From assembly GCA_001871685.1 (NCBI GenBank), contig MNVK01000010.1, positions 1 to 35,111 of the forward strand: a stretch of DNA of 35,111 nucleotides, read 5' to 3'. This DNA is from Nitrospirae bacterium CG1_02_44_142 (GTDB lineage Bacteria; Nitrospirota; Thermodesulfovibrionia; Thermodesulfovibrionales; UBA1546). The position numbers and the translations under genes were made by a program. Under the pieces are notes generated by a model. It searched no databases. It was not told where the DNA came from and saw nothing but the letters and a program-made list of their open reading frames with translations. Shown here in pieces: positions 1 through 7,562 of this stretch. The first letter of the stretch is position 1. Each line of letters begins with the position of its first letter.

Positions 1-66
1 CGCTGCCTCGCAGCCTGCGTGTCCCGCGCCGATAACAATTACGTCATAATCACGGTCTTTAAACAT
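1..66 (-). CDS. mnmG: MnmG/GidA tRNA U34 modification enzyme, first 22 codons only (gene runs off the left edge)
   Basis: Not in the ORF track because it is open at the window edge. The reverse complement of 1-66 translates to MFKDRDYDVIVIGAGHAGCEAA. This is the FAD-binding DVIVIGxGHAGxEAA N-terminus typical of MnmG. Confidence 0.7.
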   Translation of the reverse strand, partial: MFKDRDYDVIVIGAGHAGCEAA

Positions 67-162
67 GATTTATTATACCTTATCGGGTTGGTATGAGAAC
101 TTGAAGGGCAAGGCGATATTTATGTGGGGAAGTTTGTTGATAGAGACACTTTAAAATACATC

Positions 163-1491
163 TCAAATTTTCTCTAAATCTAAAACCCAATCAATTTCAA
201 TTATTCCACCGCGACCATTTCTATCAAATCTCATATAACGATTTTTGATTTTGTAGCCCCACTTGTTGGTTATTTTAAAACCATTCCGTTCTGCGATTTC
301 AGTCAAGAAGTCAGCAGTATTAAAGGGAATGTTGCTTACTGAACTGTCGCCGACTACCATTATATAATGCCTGCCTTTGTCTAAGCATTTTGATATTTCT
401 GCAAAGTGATTTTCCATGCCAACAAAATATTTGAATGTAATGTAGGCATGTTTATGCCCATTTTTCTTGTCTATTTTAAATACCCTTTGAATTTTGTCGT
501 CCAGTTTTTTAATTCCTATGATTGTTTCAAATGGCGTATATTCTACAAACTCTTTTTTATAAAAATGTTTTGTCCCTATGTATTCTTTTTTCTTCTCATT
601 CTGTTTTGGCTGTGTTTGAATGCCAAATAAATCTCCAATCCAAAACAACTCAACCATCTGATTATAAATATAATCTATAGCCTTGATATAGGGTGGCGAA
701 GTAATTGCCAAATCTATATTTTGTCCTTTCAGTTTTACTTTTAACGAGTCTGTACTTGATGAACAAATAATCCGATTTCTAAGTTTAGGTTTAATGTTTT
801 CAGAGAACTTTGTAATTCGCTCCTTGAACAAATCAAGTTGTGAAAGAAAAAGACTTAATGGTTCTTCGGGAGCCTTAATGTGAGTGTGTGAAACATAAGT
901 TTTTTGCGACTCATTATCTGCATAAGAAACACGCCGTATTATAGATGAAAAACATATAATTAAAAGATGCTGAATATCCTTAATGCTTTTATTATCGCCA
1001 AATCTTTCAGGTATCTGATTAATGAGAGTCCGTATTATTGAAAGCTTATTTATTGTTTCTTTAGGAAACCAATGTTCAATCGTTTCGCATTCTGGTTTAA
1101 ACTCTCCTCTTTTTTTCTTTTTAATTCCTTTCACAAGCCAGTCTGAAACTTTGTTTAGCTCTGAGATATTAACAGCTGTGGTTTTGACTTTCGCGATTAG
1201 GCATGATAAAGGATCTATGTCAATGCCGATTACATTATGTCCCACTAAAATTCCTTCTACTAAAGTTGTTCCTGAACCACAGAAGGGATCTAAGATAGTT
1301 TTACTTTTTTGCCTTGATAAATACTTATTGATTGCCCATTTTGGAATATGTGGAATGAATTTAGCCGGATATTTATGAAAACCGTGTGTGTGAGCTGTTA
1401 CATTATTAGTAAATATATTTAAAATTGAGCCTTGCTCGATTTCATCTGGTATAAATTCCTTAACAATCAAATAATCCTGCGATTTAATCAT
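163..1491 (-). CDS. DNA amino-methyltransferase (N4-cytosine or N6-adenine), R-M associated
   Basis: 442-aa ORF. SAM motif I is DPFCGSGTTLVEG and catalytic motif IV is ITSPPY, in the order I -> long variable region -> IV. SPPY is more typical of N4C enzymes than DPPY/NPPY. It shows block similarity to the MTase at 18378-19988 (HGFHxYPAxFIP, FCGSGTTLVE, LIAKVKTT, ITSPPY). It overlaps the upstream MTase gene by 4 nt. Confidence 0.85.
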   Translation of the reverse strand: MIKSQDYLIVKEFIPDEIEQGSILNIFTNNVTAHTHGFHKYPAKFIPHIPKWAINKYLSRQKSKTILDPFCGSGTTLVEGILVGHNVIGIDIDPLSCLIAKVKTTAVNISELNKVSDWLVKGIKKKKRGEFKPECETIEHWFPKETINKLSIIRTLINQIPERFGDNKSIKDIQHLLIICFSSIIRRVSYADNESQKTYVSHTHIKAPEEPLSLFLSQLDLFKERITKFSENIKPKLRNRIICSSSTDSLKVKLKGQNIDLAITSPPYIKAIDYIYNQMVELFWIGDLFGIQTQPKQNEKKKEYIGTKHFYKKEFVEYTPFETIIGIKKLDDKIQRVFKIDKKNGHKHAYITFKYFVGMENHFAEISKCLDKGRHYIMVVGDSSVSNIPFNTADFLTEIAERNGFKITNKWGYKIKNRYMRFDRNGRGGIIEIDWVLDLEKI

Positions 1492-2924
1492 CTTTCAAGT
1501 AAAACAATACTTTCTCTTAAGTAATTTTTCAGATATTCTAATCCCTGTTTTTGTTGAGAGCTTGTAGTTAAATGTCTTGTTACAAAGATGCTTTTCACTT
1601 TAAAGCCTATTTCTCTTGCAATTTCAGCAATTAAACTATCTGTTGGAATAATTACACCTGAATAAGCAGAATTGCCCACAACAATTCCTATATAGCCATT
1701 TTTAGTTGTTTGTCTGTAAAGCTTATTTAAAAGAGTGTACATATCATCAAAATAGCCTCTTACGACATTCGGAATATTATTATTCCAAAGCTTTTGAGGC
1801 TCAAAAAGGCTTATAAGATTCTCAAGATATTCATTTCTATAAATTATTAATTTATGATTTAACGAATTTGTATTTGAACGAAAACCAGTGTTTCGCAATT
1901 TTCTGAATTCTTCTTTTTCAGAAACAAACTCTCCAAGCCAAAGCTCAATCTTATGTATCTCAAAATAGTCAAAACAGTTACAGTAAGGAGGCGAAAAGAA
2001 TGTTAATTCAATTTCATCTGAGAAATACTTATCGAACTCTAAGCAGCTACCCTTGTAAATGTTTGGTTTTTTATCACATTTGCCATAATTAAATTTCAAG
2101 TCAGATAGAATCATTTCAAGACGATTAGAAAAATTAGTTTTTACAAAGCTGAATTTGTTATCAGGAAATTTTTCATTTTCCCATCTTTCTTTCTCAATGT
2201 TTATATAACCATTAGGCGTTCTCTTGCGATTTTTGTATTTAATTCCGTTGCCTTCTTTCTTAATGTTTGAAACATCTTCAATGATTGAAAGCCATGCAAC
2301 AAAGAGTACCATTTTTGTTTTTTCATGCTGAATAGCTTTTATATGTTGTTTAAATTGAAGAAGCGCCTGTAAAATTTCTTGATTAAATACTTTTTCAGCT
2401 AAATCAAAAGAGGTCTGAAAAATCTCCTTAGATTTTTCAATGTCCTTCAACTTTTTTAATTCCACTTCAACTTGAATTACGTCCTTTGAAGCATATTGCT
2501 CATTTTCAACTTTGGCAACTAAGACTGAAATAGGGTTTACATCAATTCCAAATGAATTTAAATCAGCTATGCGAGAAGCCAGAAGGGTAGTTCCACTACC
2601 TGAGAATGGGTCAAAAGTATTTCCTTTGATTTTCAACTCTTTGATAAAAGCATTTACAAGTTTTAGAGAGTAACCTTCACGATAGGGAAACCATCTTTGG
2701 ACTGGTGTTTGGTTAGCAAGTTGAAAATGTACTTGATTTCTGAAAGACTCGCCATTATAAAACTGGAGAGACTGTTCGAGCTTATTAAATATTTTTATCT
2801 GCTTTGCTTGTGAATTTTCTAATTCGGCCTCAAAAAGGTTGTAATTTAATGTTGGTTCAGCAACTATGCTGACTACTTCAAATTCGTCAAATGATGTTTT
2901 ATATGCTAATTCGGTATGTCCCAT
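1488..2924 (-). CDS. Second DNA amino-methyltransferase (N4C/N6A class)
   Basis: 478-aa ORF. Motif I is DPFSGSGTTLLAS and motif IV is FFSPPYCNCFDY, with about 200 aa between them. It is divergent from the neighbouring MTase, so it is not a recent duplicate. It is co-oriented and overlapping with that gene. Confidence 0.85.
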   Translation of the reverse strand: MGHTELAYKTSFDEFEVVSIVAEPTLNYNLFEAELENSQAKQIKIFNKLEQSLQFYNGESFRNQVHFQLANQTPVQRWFPYREGYSLKLVNAFIKELKIKGNTFDPFSGSGTTLLASRIADLNSFGIDVNPISVLVAKVENEQYASKDVIQVEVELKKLKDIEKSKEIFQTSFDLAEKVFNQEILQALLQFKQHIKAIQHEKTKMVLFVAWLSIIEDVSNIKKEGNGIKYKNRKRTPNGYINIEKERWENEKFPDNKFSFVKTNFSNRLEMILSDLKFNYGKCDKKPNIYKGSCLEFDKYFSDEIELTFFSPPYCNCFDYFEIHKIELWLGEFVSEKEEFRKLRNTGFRSNTNSLNHKLIIYRNEYLENLISLFEPQKLWNNNIPNVVRGYFDDMYTLLNKLYRQTTKNGYIGIVVGNSAYSGVIIPTDSLIAEIAREIGFKVKSIFVTRHLTTSSQQKQGLEYLKNYLRESIVLLER

Positions 2925-2935
2925 TTTATGTTGTT

Positions 2936-4213
2936 TTAGCCCTTAAATCTGTTACTCCTGTGATACTGAATAAATTCGACTAATGGCAACCTCCTATCCA
3001 TTCTATTCTTGATTTGAATGTTTGCGCTTGAAATTATGGCGGTTTTGAGATTCTGGTTCGGTATATCATTAAATCTTGCTGATGTAATGATTTTATGAGT
3101 ATCAGTAAGTGAGAAATAACCTTTGTCAAAAGCAATATGACAATGCCTGCATAAACATAATCCATTTAAGATATGTGCCCTATGTGGAATATTGCTATCT
3201 TGTGCATTATCAGGCTTAATGTGCGCTGCCTCAACAAAGATTTGTCCTATAACATCACAATTCGGGACAGCACATATGTAATTATATTTCTTTTTTATTC
3301 TTATAGACCATGCCGCATTCCTTATCCTTCGCGTGCTTTGTGAAAACCTCAAATCACTACTTAAAATGTCAATCTCTGGTATCTGAATTTCTTCCTGTTC
3401 TGCAACGGCATCAACTAATGGCGCTGTGAAAATTTCATCGGTAATTTGTTCTTCTATATTTTGTTCTTGTGTTATCGCTTCAAAAATAGAACGAATTGAG
3501 TCTTTGAATGGTGAAATTTCAATTAGTGGATTTTCTCTTATTGATTGCCAGTCTACACCGGTTAGAAATGGACTTGGCTCGAAACTCTTAATCTCTTGAA
3601 TAAAATCTGAATACTTACCTGTATAAAATAATCTTCCTTGTACCTCTTGAAACAGACCTGAATTTATAAGATCTCTTTTCCAGTATGATGCGTTGTCTCC
3701 TACTCTTTGAGTATTGCCGTCAACTAATGCTTCAAATTCTCTAATAGAAATAGAATTCTGAGTATCAAGAATATTTAACAAGAACCTCAAAGGCATTTCA
3801 CCATTTGCCGGATTTATGCTGTATTGAACCTGTGTATTATTGAAAGCATAAATAGCAAGTGAAATTGTTAGAGTTAATTCATAAACTTTTTGGGCTGCAC
3901 CGTAATTACCCACTGTGTAAAGGTCATTCCAAAGACTACCCATTCTTGTCCAGATAAGCGGGCATTGAGTACCATCTTTAATAAAGCCGTAACGAATCAT
4001 TGCACGAATTTTAGTTTGCATTGTAGATGGCTGAATATCGGCGGCGGCTGCAAATTTATACATTTTTTGGTTTCCGCTCCTACCACCAGACCAGCTAAAC
4101 CCAATATATTCAGGTTTTTGACTTTCAAGAACCAATGTTCTGACTGTCAATAATTCTTCAAGATTCGAACTGCTTCTTGAATGAAACCAGTCTCCATTAA
4201 TAGATGCCATCAT
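2936..4213 (-). CDS. HNH-family endonuclease with a large N-terminal domain; putative restriction endonuclease
   Basis: 425-aa ORF. The C-terminal region CAVPNCDVIGQIFVEAAHIKPD...NGLCLCRHCHIAFDKGYFSL matches the HNH (HNH_2-like) pattern C..C..AAHI.P...NGl.L....H..FD.G. The roughly 290-aa N-terminal domain has no catalytic motif I recognise. The segment STMQTKIRAMIRYGFIKDG...WTRMG faintly recalls the recognition domain of AlwI/BstNBI-type enzymes, but this is from memory and weak. It lies 11 nt upstream of the two MTase genes. Confidence 0.7.
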   Translation of the reverse strand: MMASINGDWFHSRSSSNLEELLTVRTLVLESQKPEYIGFSWSGGRSGNQKMYKFAAAADIQPSTMQTKIRAMIRYGFIKDGTQCPLIWTRMGSLWNDLYTVGNYGAAQKVYELTLTISLAIYAFNNTQVQYSINPANGEMPLRFLLNILDTQNSISIREFEALVDGNTQRVGDNASYWKRDLINSGLFQEVQGRLFYTGKYSDFIQEIKSFEPSPFLTGVDWQSIRENPLIEISPFKDSIRSIFEAITQEQNIEEQITDEIFTAPLVDAVAEQEEIQIPEIDILSSDLRFSQSTRRIRNAAWSIRIKKKYNYICAVPNCDVIGQIFVEAAHIKPDNAQDSNIPHRAHILNGLCLCRHCHIAFDKGYFSLTDTHKIITSARFNDIPNQNLKTAIISSANIQIKNRMDRRLPLVEFIQYHRSNRFKG

Positions 4214-4300
4214 TTATCCTCTTCTCAATTAGCACAAGCTATTACTGATGATTATAATAGTTTTATGTCCTGCAATGCTCAAATAATAAAACCGTCACTT

Positions 4301-5404
4301 TTACTTTAACTTCTTTAATAATAGTTCAGGCTCTTTTTCTAAATATACTTCTGGCTGTCCACCAGTTCCTTGAAAAAGTACAAGAATGTGGTGTCCATCG
4401 CGGGTGCTCACAGAGTAATGAGGTTTTTCGTCTACTTTTCCATCTACATATACTTTTTGCCCTTTTGCCCCATCAGGTGATTGATAGAAAGAATCAACTT
4501 TACCATCGGTATCTGACAAATGCCTTTTCTCCGATATGACAACAAGTCCCGGCTTTTCATCTTTCATCGCTCTATAAAGATTTTCTGAAAAACCTGATTC
4601 GAGACCGTGATGAGGTGCTACCAAAATTGAGAGACCATGAGAACCAAGCAAGGATTTTAGCGATGGTTGATTTCCGGTTATTTCGTGCCACGTTGGATGT
4701 ATGGTATTTTGTCTTCTATCAAATACGGTATAACGCTTTTCAAGTCCCTTGCCCTCATCTAACAGATGGTTAAGAGTATCCGGATTTATATCGCCAGGAA
4801 TTAATAATGTGTGAAAACCATGCCTATAGAAAATTATTAGACTTGTTCCATTCCCATACTCTTGATCATTATCTGGGTAAATTTCGCCAATGACCGGAGG
4901 TCTTACATAATAGAGGCCGTATTCTATATTTGGAATAGATTTTAGTGATTCATAGCAAATGGTCTGTAGGGGTAGCTTTCTACCTTCATATATTGACTTA
5001 TATATTTCTAAATTATTTTCACTTCCCTTTGGATTATTAATTCTGTTCCAATCAATAGCCTCAGATTTTGCAGAACCAGTTGTTTTATCATGTGGGCATG
5101 TATGCAACGATGAATAAAAAGGGGAACTTTTCTGATCCGGGGTTGCCAAGCAACTGATATCTGTTATGTGGTCTGCGTGAGGATGAGAAATAATTGTCTG
5201 GGCGACTTTACATTTTTTGTATTCGTCCAAATAAGGAATAATATTTTTATTTAGAAAAGCAGACGGCTTGAAATCTTCTGAGCTTCCAAAATCATACATT
5301 ATTCCTTGGTTAAGAGCTGTGCGGATAAAAATACAAAGCCCACGCCCAACATTGAAAACCCATATATGACTTCTTTGTGATGAAACCCACGATGGAATAG
5401 CCAT
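4301..5404 (-). CDS. Stand-alone metallo-beta-lactamase-fold hydrolase, ComEC C-terminal-domain-like (putative nuclease)
   Basis: 367-aa ORF. It carries IWVFNVGRGLCIF (compare ComEC VGQGD), ISHPHADHITD (the HxHxDH metal motif), LIPGDI and VAPHHGLESG (compare ComEC HHGS). No TM segment or signal peptide is visible. A Shine-Dalgarno AAGGA sits 6 nt upstream, inside the end of the preceding gene. Confidence 0.75.
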   Translation of the reverse strand: MAIPSWVSSQRSHIWVFNVGRGLCIFIRTALNQGIMYDFGSSEDFKPSAFLNKNIIPYLDEYKKCKVAQTIISHPHADHITDISCLATPDQKSSPFYSSLHTCPHDKTTGSAKSEAIDWNRINNPKGSENNLEIYKSIYEGRKLPLQTICYESLKSIPNIEYGLYYVRPPVIGEIYPDNDQEYGNGTSLIIFYRHGFHTLLIPGDINPDTLNHLLDEGKGLEKRYTVFDRRQNTIHPTWHEITGNQPSLKSLLGSHGLSILVAPHHGLESGFSENLYRAMKDEKPGLVVISEKRHLSDTDGKVDSFYQSPDGAKGQKVYVDGKVDEKPHYSVSTRDGHHILVLFQGTGGQPEVYLEKEPELLLKKLK

Positions 5405-5406
5405 TG

Positions 5407-6030
5407 TTATCCTTTATCCTCTTCCGAAATAGTTTTTGATTTTGACTCTTGTGATTTTAAATATTTAATTACAATCACTAATTGAATACTTAAAAAAGCA
5501 AGACCACCTCCAATTACTATTAACCATTTATAACTATACGAAGCCAATACGATAAATAGTAAAACTCCAAGAAGTGTAGAATTTAAAGCTCCAATGATAT
5601 ATGCAAGCCATATTTGACTGCTTTCTCGGCTAAAATAAGGCTGTTTTTCATCTATATACATGCGGGAAGTATTTTCAAATCCAAATGGCTTTAATGCTAA
5701 AAATAGTTTTCTCTGTTCGTTTATATATCGGGAAACCCGAACATAATAAGAGCGGTTAATAAGAACAAGGTAAAACATGAATGCCCCAAGAATCAAACCA
5801 ATTATAAGAGAAATTATAATAGGCATGGTAAAATCTACTTGTAGGTTTGCTTTGAAAATGCCGAGCGCTGCACCAATAAGAACGGTATAGGCAGTAAACA
5901 TGAATTTTAAAATATCAAATATCTGAGTATCGTGATGACGCATCTGTTGAAAGCATTGATTGAAATCACGCTCAAGAAATTTTAATGCCTCTTTTTCTTG
6001 CTCTGAAATATTGTGTATTGCTTCATTCAT
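5407..6030 (-). CDS. Polytopic membrane protein (about 4 TM helices), unknown function
   Basis: 207-aa ORF. It has a polar N-terminal segment of about 40 aa. Four hydrophobic stretches follow: FMFTAYTVLIGAALGIF, MPIIISLIIGLILGAFMFYLVLI, IWLAYIIGALNSTLLGVLLFIVLA and WLIVIGGGLAFLSIQLVIVI. The tail is charged. Its stop codon lies 2 nt before the MBL start codon. Confidence 0.7.
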   Translation of the reverse strand: MNEAIHNISEQEKEALKFLERDFNQCFQQMRHHDTQIFDILKFMFTAYTVLIGAALGIFKANLQVDFTMPIIISLIIGLILGAFMFYLVLINRSYYVRVSRYINEQRKLFLALKPFGFENTSRMYIDEKQPYFSRESSQIWLAYIIGALNSTLLGVLLFIVLASYSYKWLIVIGGGLAFLSIQLVIVIKYLKSQESKSKTISEEDKG

Positions 6031-6078
6031 TAGGTTTTTCCTTTATACTTTATGTCAGCACTTCTTTTAATTGTCCAG

Positions 6079-6107
6079 TTTATATTGTGACACCTGAGCA
6101 TGGACAA
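6079..6107 (-). promoter_or_regulatory. Putative sigma70-type promoter for the 4-TM/MBL gene pair
   Basis: The minus strand reads TTGTCC (6107-6102), a 17-nt spacer, then TATAAA (6084-6079). This is about 49 nt upstream of the ATG at 6030. Confidence 0.45.
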
Positions 6108-6133
6108 CCATCCCGTTTTGCTTTTTCCATGTG

Positions 6134-6721
6134 TTATAGCCTCTCCATCATTTCTTCAGTGGAAAGTAGTTTCGGCCCTGAGACACCAAGTCTGACTTGC
6201 TGGCATTTTTCTCTTCTCAAAATGTCTTCAAATTTGATAGAGGCAAGATAATCTTTGTTTGCAAGTTCCTGAATTAAGTGTGCCTCAAATGGAAAGTCCA
6301 CTACCTCGTTGCCTTTATAGCTCGTAACACTAAAGAGCTTTCGCTCACCAGCTCTCAAATATGGGTATGATGGAAACGTCAGTCTAATTTTTTCCTTTTT
6401 ATCAATCACCACGTCATCAACAGCAATATTTATCGCAGTGGCGTTGCCTACATTAGCTAATTCGAACATGCGTTCTGTCTTATCAAATGATATTGTTAAA
6501 AGGGCGGTTGTAGAGACCTCTATCTGGTGCTTCATAGCAAGCTGAACTTTGTTCGTCTCGACCGTGTACCAGATGATAGCCAGCAGTGTTGCAAAAAGCA
6601 CGGAAAAGGTGAGTCTATTCTCTAACGCAATGGTCTGTGGAAGTAGGCAAAAAGAAAGAACGACGATAAGAAAGATAGCCGCTATCACGATATAGTTTTT
6701 TTTCTCACCCATAGCTTTCAA
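6134..6721 (-). CDS. Membrane-anchored protein (2 N-terminal TM helices plus a soluble domain of about 130 aa), unknown function
   Basis: 195-aa ORF. TM1 is YIVIAAIFLIVVLSFCLL and TM2 is LTFSVLFATLLAIIWYTV. The rest looks beta-rich (LANVGNATAINIAVDDVVID, KLFSVTSYKGNEVVDF). No motif recognised. Confidence 0.6.
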   Translation of the reverse strand: MKAMGEKKNYIVIAAIFLIVVLSFCLLPQTIALENRLTFSVLFATLLAIIWYTVETNKVQLAMKHQIEVSTTALLTISFDKTERMFELANVGNATAINIAVDDVVIDKKEKIRLTFPSYPYLRAGERKLFSVTSYKGNEVVDFPFEAHLIQELANKDYLASIKFEDILRREKCQQVRLGVSGPKLLSTEEMMERL

Positions 6722-6830
6722 ACCTCCTTCTTCATCCTCTCAAAATGCACGATATTATTCGGCTTGTACCTTTCCTTCCTCATCCCTTTAAACGTCTCCC
6801 TATCCGCTTTCTGATGAACAACTTTGCTTT

Positions 6831-7190
6831 CTATTCCCAAAATTCGCTCAATCCCATGCTTATTGCTATAGCCTTATCAACTTCGTTAATCTTGTATTCG
6901 GGAAGCGCTCCAACAAAATTCTCCAGTCTCTCTTTATCAATGGTATATATCTGTCCAAGATGTACAACAGATTCATGTGGCAGTCCGCTCTCTTTTGGCT
7001 TTATTAATACGCCTACCGGCAATTCAGCAACTTTGAGATTGCTTGTTATGGCAGCAACAATTGTCAAGCTCCCTACTTTATTACCTATGTCGTTTTGAAT
7101 AACAAGCGCCGGATGAGGCCCTTTCATTTCCCTGCCCTTTGAAGGACTAAAGTCAAGAAAATATATTTCACCACGTTTAGGCTGTTTCAT
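6831..7190 (-). CDS. mazF: MazF/PemK-family endoribonuclease toxin
   Basis: 119-aa ORF. The N-terminus KRGEIYFLDFSPSKGREMKGPHPALVIQND is the canonical PemK/MazF pattern. It shares an ATGA overlap with the upstream antitoxin gene. Confidence 0.85.
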   Translation of the reverse strand: MKQPKRGEIYFLDFSPSKGREMKGPHPALVIQNDIGNKVGSLTIVAAITSNLKVAELPVGVLIKPKESGLPHESVVHLGQIYTIDKERLENFVGALPEYKINEVDKAIAISMGLSEFWE

Positions 7191-7462
7191 TTTCTCTTCG
7201 TCTTTTTGCCGGTCTTATATGTTGCAGCAGACTCCGCACAGATACTCAAAAAGTCTTCTGAAAGGCGCTTATCGTCATCTGCGATTTCCTTGTAAATTCT
7301 TTCCGCTTTTTCAATAACCTGCTGCTTCTTGTAATCACTAATCATTTTTGTAATAGCCTCTCTGACAATTTCGCTTCTGTTCTTTTTTAATCCCTTTGAA
7401 ATCCTGTCTATCTCTTCAACAAGTTCTGTAGGAAAGCTTATCCCAAGTTTTGCAACCGGCAT
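7187..7462 (-). CDS. Ribbon-helix-helix (CopG-like) antitoxin partner of MazF
   Basis: 91-aa ORF. The N-terminus KLGISFPTELVEEIDRISKGLKKNRSEIVREAI has the RHH beta-strand/helix pattern. It overlaps mazF by 4 nt. Confidence 0.75.
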   Translation of the reverse strand: MPVAKLGISFPTELVEEIDRISKGLKKNRSEIVREAITKMISDYKKQQVIEKAERIYKEIADDDKRLSEDFLSICAESAATYKTGKKTKRK

Positions 7463-7476
7463 TTACACCTCCTTGA

Positions 7477-7519
7477 AATACCATATTCTTTAAATTAGAA
7501 TACCATAAGGAATACCATA
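7477..7519. promoter_or_regulatory. Three direct AATACCATA repeats upstream of the RHH-mazF operon (putative operator)
   Basis: AATACCATA occurs at 7477-7485, 7499-7507 and 7511-7519. All three lie in the 100-nt divergent intergenic region just upstream of the antitoxin start at 7462. Confidence 0.5.
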
Positions 7520-7562
7520 TTTCAACCCTCAGCGGAATATTCGTTAAGACATTATAATATCG

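Noticed and set aside
406-1378. Plus-strand ORFs 406-630 and 1022-1378 inside the first MTase gene
   Set aside because: They lie entirely antisense to a motif-bearing 442-aa CDS. Their translations are low-complexity and F/L/I-rich, as expected for AT-rich antisense frames.
3890-4153. 87-aa plus-strand ORF inside the HNH gene
   Set aside because: It is antisense to a longer ORF. It has no motif and no ribosome-binding site.
5985-6251. 88-aa plus-strand ORF spanning the 4-TM/2-TM intergenic region
   Set aside because: It overlaps the ends of two better-supported minus-strand genes and the predicted minus-strand promoter. It has no ribosome-binding site.
6745-7098. 117-aa plus-strand ORF
   Set aside because: It is antisense to mazF, which has a canonical PemK signature.
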